Positions 16,917-25,860 of a stretch of DNA of 32,083 nt are shown here, one piece after another. The stretch's first letter is position 1, and every line of letters begins with the position of its first letter. Under the pieces are notes generated by a model. It worked only from the letters and a program-made list of their open reading frames with translations. It did no database searches and was not told the DNA's origin. Source of the DNA: Bdellovibrionota bacterium (GTDB lineage Bacteria > Bdellovibrionota > Bdellovibrionia > Bdellovibrionales > JAEYZS01); the NCBI GenBank assembly GCA_963169515.1, contig CAUJEF010000031.1, forward strand, positions 1 to 32,083. Direction: 5' to 3'. The position numbers and the translations under genes are program-made.

Positions 16917-17377
16917 GCGATAATGGCGGGATTAAAATCATAACTCAAAATAAAAAGGCAGGTTTTGACTATAGCATTTTAGAATCATTTGAAGCGGGTA
17001 TCGTTTTGCGTGGAACGGAACTAAAACCGCTTCGGAGTGGGCAAGTGCAGCTTAAAGACTCGTTCGTTGATTTTCATAATGGAGAGATGTATTTGGTGGG
17101 GGTTCATATAAATATATATGACCCGAGCAGCTACAATAATCACGAGCCTGAGCGTCGCCGTAAGTTGCTTATGAACCGGCACGAAATTGATAAAATAGGG
17201 GCCCGAGTACAAGAAAAGGGCTTGGCCTTAATCCCCCTCAAAATGTATTTCAAAAAGGGGCGAGTCAAAGTTCAAATAGCGCTAGCCAAAGGCAAAAAGA
17301 AATATGATAAGCGCGAATCAATTAAGAAGCGCGACGTGAATCGAAGTCTTGCTCAGAAGCTGAAGAAGAATCGTTAA
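16913..17377 (+). CDS. smpB: SsrA-binding protein SmpB
   Basis: NKKAGFDY, EAGIVLRGTELK, RKLL, KGKKKYDKRESIKKRD. Confidence 0.98.
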   Translation: MSDNGGIKIITQNKKAGFDYSILESFEAGIVLRGTELKPLRSGQVQLKDSFVDFHNGEMYLVGVHINIYDPSSYNNHEPERRRKLLMNRHEIDKIGARVQEKGLALIPLKMYFKKGRVKVQIALAKGKKKYDKRESIKKRDVNRSLAQKLKKNR

Positions 17378-17918
17378 TTTGTGCCCTTTTTTCTTCGATC
17401 ATCTGATCGATATAGGAGAGACATTCTTTGTCTGTAATGCCAGATTTTATTTTGCTTAGTTTTTTAATATCATAGGTCGCTTGTGATTGGAGTGTTTTGT
17501 ATAAATAATTGTAGTTTTCAACGACGTCGTGGAATTCATCGCTACCGCGAACTTTGAGAGGTTTGTGCGCGAGCATACCCTTTGTTGTCTGTTGGATGTG
17601 CCGCTTGAGCGCCAGAAGTGGCCCCACCATGCGGAATGTAAGTTTAAGTCCAAAATAAATTTGAAATGTCATAAGACTGACGAACGAAGCGACTAGAAAT
17701 CCGTTCACCCAGGATTGCTCGGTTTGTAAGTGTTGAATTAGCTCTGGACTGTGGGCATATGCAAGTTCAATAAAAATATCATAGTTTTGATTTAGAAAAT
17801 AGTACGATGGACCACCGATGATTATGGCGCTGATTAGAGCAGAGAACACCAGATAACTTGTGTATTTTACCTGGAAAGTTTTCTGCTGTAAAAAAGTAGA
17901 TCGTGTAAATCGAAACAC
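17322..17918 (-). CDS. Two-TM membrane protein with HAMP-like C-terminal segment
   Basis: FQVKY, two TM helices, RMVGPL...LKVRGSDEFHDV; GTG start with AAGGA SD; convergent 56-bp overlap with smpB. Confidence 0.75.
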   Translation of the reverse strand: MFRFTRSTFLQQKTFQVKYTSYLVFSALISAIIIGGPSYYFLNQNYDIFIELAYAHSPELIQHLQTEQSWVNGFLVASFVSLMTFQIYFGLKLTFRMVGPLLALKRHIQQTTKGMLAHKPLKVRGSDEFHDVVENYNYLYKTLQSQATYDIKKLSKIKSGITDKECLSYIDQMIEEKRAQINDSSSASEQDFDSRRAS

Positions 17919-17944
17919 TTTGATCCTTTATTGTCTTCGTTATA

Positions 17945-17952
17945 TTATCGAC
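17945..17952 (-). promoter_or_regulatory. Putative sigma28 -10 box
   Basis: GTCGATAA on the minus strand upstream of ORF 17322-17918; -35 box weak. Confidence 0.3.
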
Positions 17953-17955
17953 ATT

Positions 17956-18738
17956 ATGGCGACCAAAAATAAGATTCTCCAGACTATGGTCTTGGCTTTT
18001 GCTTCGATGTTTTTTTCAAGCTGTGTGACCACAAGGACTGTTCCCGACGAAAAGCCGGTTAGCTTACCGACCGCTGAAGAAATTAGTCTAAAAAAAGATC
18101 GCTCGGACCTTGATCAAATAAGGGCAGATATCCCAGAGGAAGTTCGTCAGCAAAATGACGAATGGGCGCTTATTTTGAAAGACATGGATGGGGTTAAGTC
18201 GCCATATGAAGCGCGCAGCAGATACTATGATAAGGTTCGACGACATCGTGAGCGTTTCAACGAGGATATGCGAAGGGTGCGTGAGGATTTCAATAAGTCT
18301 GAGCAAAGGCAAAGGAAAGCGTTTTTGGATATTTTAGAGGCAGAACGAAAAACGTACGAAAAATCAAAACATAATTCAGATGATCGAAAAGCATTTTTTG
18401 ATGATCACAGCGACCGAAGAAAAATCTTTTTTGAAAATCAACAAGACAAGCGGAAAGACTTTGAATCTAGCGTTACTGAGAAGCGAAAAGATTTTGAAGA
18501 CTACATGAAAGACAAACAGAAACAATTTGATGATGCAATTAGAGAGTACACAAAGAATTTCGACGCCCGTGCGCGCGAAAGGCGCCAGTTGGAAAATGCA
18601 AAAATAGAAGCTCAACGAAAGCTTCCCAAGATGAGCCCCGCTCCGACAGCCGTTCAATATGATGGGCAGGAAAAGGACTTACAAGACATTAGAAATATCC
18701 CACAAGGGGGTCAGCCTTTGGCCCCAGAAGATGAATAA
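17956..18738 (+). CDS. Lipoprotein with 11-residue helical repeats
   Basis: ATG 17956 gives MATKNKILQTMVLAFASMFFSSC lipobox; repeated R(K/E)xF units every 11 aa. Confidence 0.8.
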   Translation: MATKNKILQTMVLAFASMFFSSCVTTRTVPDEKPVSLPTAEEISLKKDRSDLDQIRADIPEEVRQQNDEWALILKDMDGVKSPYEARSRYYDKVRRHRERFNEDMRRVREDFNKSEQRQRKAFLDILEAERKTYEKSKHNSDDRKAFFDDHSDRRKIFFENQQDKRKDFESSVTEKRKDFEDYMKDKQKQFDDAIREYTKNFDARARERRQLENAKIEAQRKLPKMSPAPTAVQYDGQEKDLQDIRNIPQGGQPLAPEDE

Positions 18739-19505
18739 CGTTTAAATGACTTGTGTCGGGGTGTTTTTTTCTCTGGTAATGGCTCCGTTGCAAAAACTTT
18801 TTTGAGCTCTTTCGGGCCCAGAAATTTGTAGTCGCCTTTTTCAAGGCTTCCCAGGAAGAGCATCCCAATACCCACACGTTGAATTTTCAAAGCATCTAGC
18901 CCAATGTTACTGAACATATGACGAATCTGCCTATTCTTTCCTTCGGTAATGACGATTTTATACCATGAGTGATTTGTTTTGGTTGGACGTTGGATTTTTG
19001 AAATCATTTTTGCACGAACTTTTCCACCGGGGATGGAAACACCGTCGAGTAGTTTTTTAATATCTTCTGCTGCAGGCTTGCCCTCGACCTTTACAAGGTA
19101 GGTTTTTGGAATTTCGAGCCGCGGGTGCATGATTTTATTCGCAAAATTCCCGTCGTTTGTCATTATGATCAAGCCTTCAGAATCCCAATCCAGACGCCCG
19201 ACAGGGTACACTCGCACAGGTAGGTCTGCAAAATAATCCGCTAAGCTCTCGCGCATTTCAGGATCGCTCATAGTGCTGACGGTGGCTTTGGGCTTATTGA
19301 ACATGATGTAAATTTTTTCAGTCGAAGAGCTAAGCTCCTTCCCATTCACGATAACTTTGTCCGATGGGCGAACTTTGACCCCAAAATCATGGATCACCTT
19401 GCCATTAACAGAGACTTTACCCGTTTCGATAAGACGATCGGCTTTACGCCGACTTACGGTTCCATTCTGAGCGATAAATTTGTTGAGACGGATGAGTTTT
19501 TCCAT
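18711..19505 (-). CDS. rRNA pseudouridine synthase (RsuA/RluB family) with S4 domain
   Basis: RLNKFIA..SRRKAD S4 domain; YPVGRLDWDSEGL; EGKNRQIR. Confidence 0.93.
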   Translation of the reverse strand: MEKLIRLNKFIAQNGTVSRRKADRLIETGKVSVNGKVIHDFGVKVRPSDKVIVNGKELSSSTEKIYIMFNKPKATVSTMSDPEMRESLADYFADLPVRVYPVGRLDWDSEGLIIMTNDGNFANKIMHPRLEIPKTYLVKVEGKPAAEDIKKLLDGVSIPGGKVRAKMISKIQRPTKTNHSWYKIVITEGKNRQIRHMFSNIGLDALKIQRVGIGMLFLGSLEKGDYKFLGPKELKKVFATEPLPEKKTPRHKSFKRYSSSGAKG

Positions 19506-20425
19506 AGCCCTTTTTTTGCCAACAAAAGCTTCAAGTCTTCTAGCAAATGGGGGATCATCTTGTCATCCGGAAAGGCATGGGAATAAAAATTTTCACCTAA
19601 CTCAAGGGCTTGTATTGCGAAATCTTTAGCTTTTATGCCTTGGGACTCTACCCGATAGAGGGCATCTTCGAGCTTAGAAACTACGTCAAGATAGAGTGGA
19701 TCAGTAGTTCGGTCTACGAAGTGGCGCTCGACTTTTTTAACTGCAAAATAAATGTGCTTATCTTCGTGGAGTTTTGAAATTCGGTGAGCTTTGATTTTCT
19801 TGAAGGTCATGCCGTGAATGCAGCTAACTTCAATTCCTTCCATGCCTACCTTAAACTGGGCCAAGGTCTGAGGCGCAACCTCTATGCTTTGCCGCATCTC
19901 AAGGGCTGGTTCCAATCGTGAATCGTAATACAGGAATTGATCTATGTGTAAGGGTTCGAGTAGGCCGTCACGGATCACAAACCAGTGGTCTAAAATTGCA
20001 ACTTGCACGCCGCTTTCGGGCAGCACAGTAACAAGATATGAAGCTTTTGTATCATGAATAATCGAAGTTGTTTTATCGAGCTTGTGAGAGATCAAGAAAT
20101 TCTTCAAAATCTCTGCGCGATCTTCTTTGTTATCTATGAAAATGGGTTGCATTCGATCTGCGGGCCGCCAAATGGGAAGTTCGATGCCCACATTTTCTGA
20201 AAACTTTTTTACAAAGTACTGGACCTCGCGAGAAAGTTCTCGAACTTCTTTTCGCCAGTATTCGAATTGCAACACTTTTCGATTAAATTGATCGATGCAC
20301 TTAATTTGAAAGTCAGAGTCTAACACAGTGAAATTCTTAATATAATTATACAGTGCTAAGCGGGCGGCATTGTTCTGCGGATTAAACTTTAATATAAACT
20401 TAGCAAATTCCTCATGTGTTCCCAT
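19454..20425 (-). CDS. Hypothetical protein
   Basis: 323-aa ORF overlapping the start of the downstream synthase gene by 52 bp; no recognised motif. Confidence 0.75.
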   Translation of the reverse strand: MGTHEEFAKFILKFNPQNNAARLALYNYIKNFTVLDSDFQIKCIDQFNRKVLQFEYWRKEVRELSREVQYFVKKFSENVGIELPIWRPADRMQPIFIDNKEDRAEILKNFLISHKLDKTTSIIHDTKASYLVTVLPESGVQVAILDHWFVIRDGLLEPLHIDQFLYYDSRLEPALEMRQSIEVAPQTLAQFKVGMEGIEVSCIHGMTFKKIKAHRISKLHEDKHIYFAVKKVERHFVDRTTDPLYLDVVSKLEDALYRVESQGIKAKDFAIQALELGENFYSHAFPDDKMIPHLLEDLKLLLAKKGLWKNSSVSTNLSLRMEP

Positions 20426-20557
20426 AATTTAATGATATCGCGGTCAAAAAGAACTAGTCTAGTGGATTGGCCGAAAATATGGTCTAGTAATAGCACGATA
20501 AAACCCTTGGCTGGTTAGTTACGGATACCGCCGCCAGTAGCGGCTGAAAGGACAACA

Positions 20558-20941
20558 GTGGAAAAGCGTTTAAATCCCAATCTTTTAGATCAATTAAACT
20601 CAAAAGAGCTTTTCACAGACTTGACTGAGAATACAAAAGAGACCCGGTTCAAGCTAGACCGTTTGGCTCAAAAAACGAATCTTCTTGAAGCGCGAATAGA
20701 AAATACGACCCATGAAATGCGTGAGGTGTTTACAAAACTGTCCAATAAAATTTCTCAATCAAGTTTAAATAGTTCTAAAATTGATGCCCTTGTAGACAGA
20801 CACAACCAAATTATTCATACATTCGAAGTGCGAATGACTCAGATGCAGAAAATTATTGGTGAGCAAGAAATTCAACTTACTAATTCCCTTGCGGAATTGC
20901 AGCTGGCCCGAGCTGAAATTGCAAGACTTAAAAAGCTGTAA
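20558..20941 (+). CDS. Hypothetical coiled-coil protein
   Basis: GTG start after GAAAGGA SD; heptad-like leucine pattern throughout. Confidence 0.7.
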   Translation: MEKRLNPNLLDQLNSKELFTDLTENTKETRFKLDRLAQKTNLLEARIENTTHEMREVFTKLSNKISQSSLNSSKIDALVDRHNQIIHTFEVRMTQMQKIIGEQEIQLTNSLAELQLARAEIARLKKL

Positions 20942-20947
20942 GGAACC

Positions 20948-22651
20948 TCACAGCTTTTCTAGACGCTTTAAGAAGTCTTCGGCGGATTCGAACCCCGTTA
21001 AGGTGAGTTCTTTTCTCCACACGCCCTTGGAATCATAAAAAATAACGGTCGGTAAACCGACAACTCTAAATTTGGTTAGAATTTGGGAAATTTCATCATT
21101 TTCAGCCGTGGCATCGACCTTCAACAGCAGGTATTTTTGCAACTGGGCCTTAACAGTTGGGTCAGAAAATGTAAACTTGTCGAGCTCGTGGCAAGCGGCA
21201 CACCAATCTGCAAAGAAATCTATGACGACAGGTTGTCCCCGAGCCAATGCTTTTTCCAATTCTACTTCAGAAAATTTACGAAACAACATGTACTGGTCAC
21301 TGTCCGTTTTTTTGTCATTCCATTGTGTAAATAAAACTTTAGATCCCAAGGCAAAACCCAGGACGAAGAAAGAAGCCATAAACCATTTTCGAAGTTTTAA
21401 ACGCGGTGAAAGCGTTTTTATGTCGTCAAGCGCACCATGAAGAGAGGAAATTAAAATGAGAGAAAAGGCAACAAAGCCCCAGAATACGCGTTGCGGGAAT
21501 GCGCCATGAATGTAGTAGAGGGCAACCGAAATTAGACTCACGCCAAAGATAAATTTGACAGTTTCCATCCATGGCCCAGATTTGGGGATCTTATTGAGAA
21601 CATGGGTAAAGGTTCCCAGAACAATAAACAACATACCCATTCCGAAGGCATAGGTAAAAAGAAGCAGCATCCCAAGAGCAGGGTTTCCGGATTGGGCAAC
21701 ATATGCCAATATGCTAACAAGCACTGGGCCGACGCATGGACTTGCGACTAACCCGGCAACAAGTCCGTAGAAGAACGCCCCAACAAAACCCTGATTAAAT
21801 TTAAATTTGTTTAATCGATTTTGAAGAACTAACGGGATCTGAACTTCGAATACTCCGAAAAAACTCAATGCCATTGTATAAAAAATAAATGCAATTCCCA
21901 AAACAACAGATGGTTTGTTGAGTGTCGAACCAAATAGAGTTCCTGTTTTAGCGGCTAAATACCCGAGCGTAGAATATGTCACGGAAATACCGAAAACATA
22001 GACTAAGCTAATCAGAAAACTTTTTTTCTTTGTTCTGCCGGACGCTCGCGCTCCTAAAATTGAAAGAGTTATGGGAATCATCGGGAAAATGCAGGGGGTT
22101 AAGCTTGTAAGCAGCCCGCCCACAAAAACAATTAAGAAAATAAGGAAAGTATTTTTGTTTTTGAAATCGAAAATGCTGGCGCGGTTTTCGACATCAACGC
22201 TTAACGAAGCATACGGCACAACAAATGTTTTCGTTTGCGGAAGTAGGCAGAATTCATCGGTGCAGGCCTGGTACTTTAGCTCAAATTCCAAAGTGCCCTT
22301 AGCCATTTTAGGAATTGGACTAAAAACAACATCAAACTTTAATTCGGATTTTCCGACAAATCCGGTTCGTTCTTTTTTAGAAAACTTATCGTAAAACTGA
22401 ATGACGGGTGAAATGCTAAGGTTATTTACTTTGGATTCTGGCATGTTAAGTGGGCGAACAGTCACTGTGTCCAGATAGCCATGATATTTCGGTGGCAATT
22501 CCGTGTATAAAATAACACGAACAGGTTGATCCACTTTTGCGAGAATTGTTTGATGAACTTGTTCTATTTTTAATGGATTTTTCTCTACGTCTATGGCAAA
22601 CGCAAATTGAAAAGAAATGTTAATCAACAGCCAAATGCATAGAGTTCTCAT
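20948..22651 (-). CDS. dsbD: Thiol:disulfide interchange protein DsbD
   Basis: N-domain YQACTDEFC; TM domain TPCIFPMIPI and ASPCVGP; thioredoxin DFFADWCAAC. Confidence 0.95.
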   Translation of the reverse strand: MRTLCIWLLINISFQFAFAIDVEKNPLKIEQVHQTILAKVDQPVRVILYTELPPKYHGYLDTVTVRPLNMPESKVNNLSISPVIQFYDKFSKKERTGFVGKSELKFDVVFSPIPKMAKGTLEFELKYQACTDEFCLLPQTKTFVVPYASLSVDVENRASIFDFKNKNTFLIFLIVFVGGLLTSLTPCIFPMIPITLSILGARASGRTKKKSFLISLVYVFGISVTYSTLGYLAAKTGTLFGSTLNKPSVVLGIAFIFYTMALSFFGVFEVQIPLVLQNRLNKFKFNQGFVGAFFYGLVAGLVASPCVGPVLVSILAYVAQSGNPALGMLLLFTYAFGMGMLFIVLGTFTHVLNKIPKSGPWMETVKFIFGVSLISVALYYIHGAFPQRVFWGFVAFSLILISSLHGALDDIKTLSPRLKLRKWFMASFFVLGFALGSKVLFTQWNDKKTDSDQYMLFRKFSEVELEKALARGQPVVIDFFADWCAACHELDKFTFSDPTVKAQLQKYLLLKVDATAENDEISQILTKFRVVGLPTVIFYDSKGVWRKELTLTGFESAEDFLKRLEKL

Positions 22652-22759
22652 AGGTAGTAGAATACGCTATTTTTGAGCTATTGGTCGAGGATTTATATCT
22701 GACCAAAAGGCGAGAAAAAATGTATTTAAATGTCACCGTATTATCTCGGACTTTGAATA

Positions 22760-22767
22760 GCCGATAA
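22760..22767 (+). promoter_or_regulatory. Putative sigma28 -10 box of motAB
   Basis: Perfect GCCGATAA 7 nt before the motA ATG; -35 box weak (TTAT). Confidence 0.55.
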
Positions 22768-22774
22768 AAAGAAC

Positions 22775-23635
22775 ATGGGATTAGTCGGCGTAATTGTAAT
22801 GTTAGGTATGGTGCTCGGCGGTTACGTGTTGCACGAAGGAAAATTGCATATTTTATTCCAACCTACAGAGATCATGGTCATTTTCGGAACAGCGGTGGGT
22901 GCAATGCTAATCATGGCGCCAATGTCCACGGTTAAAGCCATGTTTAGAATGGTGATGAAAGCATTCTTTGGAAAGGGTCCACAAAAACAGGACTACTTGG
23001 ATCTGCTGCAAATGCTTTTCCGACTGTTCCAAGTTTTCAGAAAAGACGGACCGCAAGCCATTGAGAAGCACATCGAAGACCCAGAAAATAGCGATATTTT
23101 TAAAGCATATCCCGTATTCTTAAAAAACCACCATGCAGTAGATTTTCTTTGTGACACAATGAAAATCACCCTTTCTGCGGATCTCACACAATATGATGTC
23201 GAAGATTTATTGGATCAAGACATTAAGACTATTCATGAGGAAGAACATAAAGCCCAACACATTGTTGCTTTTACAGGGGATGCGATGCCAGGTCTGGGTA
23301 TCGTAGCAGCAGTTCAGGGTGTGATTTTGACAATGGGTAAGCTAACTGAAGGCACCGAAGTAATCGGTCACTCTGTCGCGGCCGCCCTTGTTGGTACATT
23401 CATGGGGGTCTTGGCTGCGTATGGTTTTTTTGGTCCGCTGGCTACAAAAATAGCCTCTGATTTAGACGCCGAAGCCCGCTATTTAAAAGTTATCAAAGCC
23501 GCGCTTGTTGCACTTCAAAGGGGAGCGCCACCGCTTGTTTGTGTGGAGTACGCTCGCCGCACGGCTTATCCAGATGTTCGCCCGACATTCGACGAGATGG
23601 ATACCTCTACTCGCGAAAGTAAAAAGGCGGCCTAG
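22775..23635 (+). CDS. motA: Flagellar motor stator MotA
   Basis: QPTE motif, [37 protein letters not shown]. Confidence 0.95.
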   Translation: MGLVGVIVMLGMVLGGYVLHEGKLHILFQPTEIMVIFGTAVGAMLIMAPMSTVKAMFRMVMKAFFGKGPQKQDYLDLLQMLFRLFQVFRKDGPQAIEKHIEDPENSDIFKAYPVFLKNHHAVDFLCDTMKITLSADLTQYDVEDLLDQDIKTIHEEEHKAQHIVAFTGDAMPGLGIVAAVQGVILTMGKLTEGTEVIGHSVAAALVGTFMGVLAAYGFFGPLATKIASDLDAEARYLKVIKAALVALQRGAPPLVCVEYARRTAYPDVRPTFDEMDTSTRESKKAA

Positions 23636-23637
23636 CC

Positions 23638-24531
23638 GTGGCTGAAGAAAAAAAGAAAATAACCGTAATTAAAAAGGTTTACGTCGAGGCCCCGAGCCAC
23701 CATGGTGGCGCGTGGAAAGTGGCATTTGCTGACTTTATGACCGCAATGATGTGTTTCTTTCTTGTAATGTGGCTGTTAAATCAATCGGAAGAAGTGAAGG
23801 CACAGGTGGCATCATACTTTACAGGTCCAAGTATGTTGGAGCATGAGTTTACATCTTACGGTGCCGAACTTACACTTGAAAAATTGTTTTTGGACCTCGT
23901 AAATGAACCGCTTAAGGCCTTTCAAGATTTTATGCAGCCAGCGGACTTCACGCCGAATCTGTTGGGTATGGGGTCCAAAAGAATTATTTTAGCGCAGATT
24001 GCAGAAGAATTGGGGCCGATGGCTAAAGGTATAAAAATTGAATCGGACAAAATCACATTTGAAATTAATGACAAATATTTATTTAAGCAAGGGACCGCAG
24101 AACCATCTGTTCAGTTCGTAAATGTGATGACTCGAATTGAGGCGCTCACAAAGGGTCTCGACAATGGAACAATTGACGTTACATCAACATTGTTTCTAGA
24201 GAGTGTCGCGAATAACGACCCAAGCCTTGCAAAATCTGTTTCTGAAAATCGTCTGGATCTTGTCAAAAATAAAATAAAAGCAACTCTTGAACATGGCACG
24301 GTCGATGTCGTTGGAAATTCGCAGCTAAAAAAACTGACCCGCAGGGTGGACGGCGGGCCGACAGGTTCAATACAGTTTGAAATCAGCCAGAAAGAAGTTC
24401 CTGGCAAGCGGAAACCCCGCGCTATCGAGCAAGCCTTCGGTGAAAAAATTGAAGGAGCCGATGTGTATGATGATTTTGTAAAGCGCCTTAGCCAAGATCA
24501 AAACAAAAATAAGAAATCTCGTAAGAAATAA
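23638..24531 (+). CDS. motB: Flagellar motor stator MotB (divergent C-terminus)
   Basis: [27 protein letters not shown] motif with the conserved Asp; follows motA. Confidence 0.9.
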   Translation: MAEEKKKITVIKKVYVEAPSHHGGAWKVAFADFMTAMMCFFLVMWLLNQSEEVKAQVASYFTGPSMLEHEFTSYGAELTLEKLFLDLVNEPLKAFQDFMQPADFTPNLLGMGSKRIILAQIAEELGPMAKGIKIESDKITFEINDKYLFKQGTAEPSVQFVNVMTRIEALTKGLDNGTIDVTSTLFLESVANNDPSLAKSVSENRLDLVKNKIKATLEHGTVDVVGNSQLKKLTRRVDGGPTGSIQFEISQKEVPGKRKPRAIEQAFGEKIEGADVYDDFVKRLSQDQNKNKKSRKK

Positions 24532-24590
24532 TGTTTCAATCTGGTAAGATCAAAGCTTTCCCATATTGAGACATTTATATTAAACGCGGC

Positions 24591-24618
24591 TTTAGTCCAT
24601 ATAAGAAAATGCCGAAAA
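24591..24618 (+). promoter_or_regulatory. Putative sigma28-like promoter
   Basis: TTTAG-N15-GCCGAAAA, 10 nt before ATG 24629. Confidence 0.4.
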
Positions 24619-24628
24619 GTTAAGTGAT

Positions 24629-25222
24629 ATGGAACGTATAAGGGGCAGACATTTAATCATCTTATTGGCGCTCGCGTTTTTGACTGCGTGTATGCCAAAG
24701 ATTCAAAATGAGGACCCCGTAGCAAGCCCTGAATTGCTTAGCCATGAAATTTTGAGATACAGCGGAACATTGGCAAAAGTTCTGCTCCATGGCACATGCC
24801 CTATTACGACCAAAGAGTTTCGCATCTCTGCTGAAGATATTAGCCACACCGTTGCGTCGACCTCAGCTAGTTTATTAGATTCTTCTGGGGTGCCAGTTGC
24901 TAAGTGTACAAATGGAGTTTTGCTGATTGAATATCCAGTCCCAAACCCAACAGCAGCGCGAGTAATTCCATTCAAGGTTAAGGTGAAAACTAACGACGGC
25001 CGACTGAGTATGTATTGGTCGAAGCTGAATGTAAATTACGCGATGCCATTACCCAACATTTCTGGTTTTGCGGTGACGTCTGGAGGTGCTGACGTGACCG
25101 GAGGAACAAAAAGGGTACTTGGTAGTGCGGGTGAACCAGCCGGCGTACCATTGGAAATCAATGGCGGGGCGATCAAACTTCGTTCGGGTCTTCATGGCGT
25201 ACTCTTTGACGAGGGCATATAA
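24629..25222 (+). CDS. Hypothetical lipoprotein
   Basis: Lipobox LTAC; beta-rich body with two further Cys; Gly-rich C-terminal segment. Confidence 0.75.
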   Translation: MERIRGRHLIILLALAFLTACMPKIQNEDPVASPELLSHEILRYSGTLAKVLLHGTCPITTKEFRISAEDISHTVASTSASLLDSSGVPVAKCTNGVLLIEYPVPNPTAARVIPFKVKVKTNDGRLSMYWSKLNVNYAMPLPNISGFAVTSGGADVTGGTKRVLGSAGEPAGVPLEINGGAIKLRSGLHGVLFDEGI

Positions 25223-25243
25223 TCTGAGTTAGCCTTAATTTCT

Positions 25244-25858
25244 ATGAGCGACAAACCCGAGGACTCAATCAGACTTTTTCCAATTATTTTAGGTGGTCTC
25301 TTAATTATTTTGGGCGCCTATTATATGCTTTTTATGCGCGATGAAGGGCTGCATACACTGAAGCCCAAAAGTCTTCAAACTGAACCAGCTACCGCTGGGG
25401 TTTCGTGTAATACGACCATGGATTCGGTAATCATGAATGAAGATGTTATGGAGGGCGTGATAAAATCCGCACAAAAGGTCAGCGTAGAAATTGGATATTA
25501 TAATTGCAAAGAACCTGTGGCGGGGGATGTCGTTCTTGTAAAAACATCGGGACGCCCAGATCCAATCATTCGATTCGTAAGGGTGCTTCCAAAGGACTCA
25601 TTCAAACTTGAACGAAAGCAAGATCGGTTTCATTTGAAGGTTAATGGTTCTGTTGTATCAAATGCAGATGGAAAGCCCTATGCGTTTGACGAAAATAAAT
25701 CTCGATTGCTGCAACTCTATGAAAGAAGCTTAAAGGGCAAAATGGAAGATGGAATCTATTTCATTTTCTCAAATAGGACCGATGGCGGTTATGATTCTAC
25801 TCGCTTCGGGCCTGTGGAAAAATCAAAACTTATTGGCAAAGTAATTTTGTCACACTAA
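25244..25858 (+). CDS. Signal peptidase I (S26)-like protein, probably degenerate
   Basis: One N-terminal TM; GDVVLV box; SNRTDGGYDSTRFGPV box E-like motif; catalytic Ser/Lys positions not conserved. Confidence 0.75.
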   Translation: MSDKPEDSIRLFPIILGGLLIILGAYYMLFMRDEGLHTLKPKSLQTEPATAGVSCNTTMDSVIMNEDVMEGVIKSAQKVSVEIGYYNCKEPVAGDVVLVKTSGRPDPIIRFVRVLPKDSFKLERKQDRFHLKVNGSVVSNADGKPYAFDENKSRLLQLYERSLKGKMEDGIYFIFSNRTDGGYDSTRFGPVEKSKLIGKVILSH

Positions 25859-25860
25859 CC

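Noticed and set aside
16913..17450. tmRNA (ssrA) next to smpB
   Set aside because: There is no intergenic space; smpB overlaps a convergent CDS, and no tRNA-like ends were seen
17860..17955. Upstream start for the repeat lipoprotein
   Set aside because: It overlaps the divergent gene; ATG 17956 gives a normal-length lipoprotein signal
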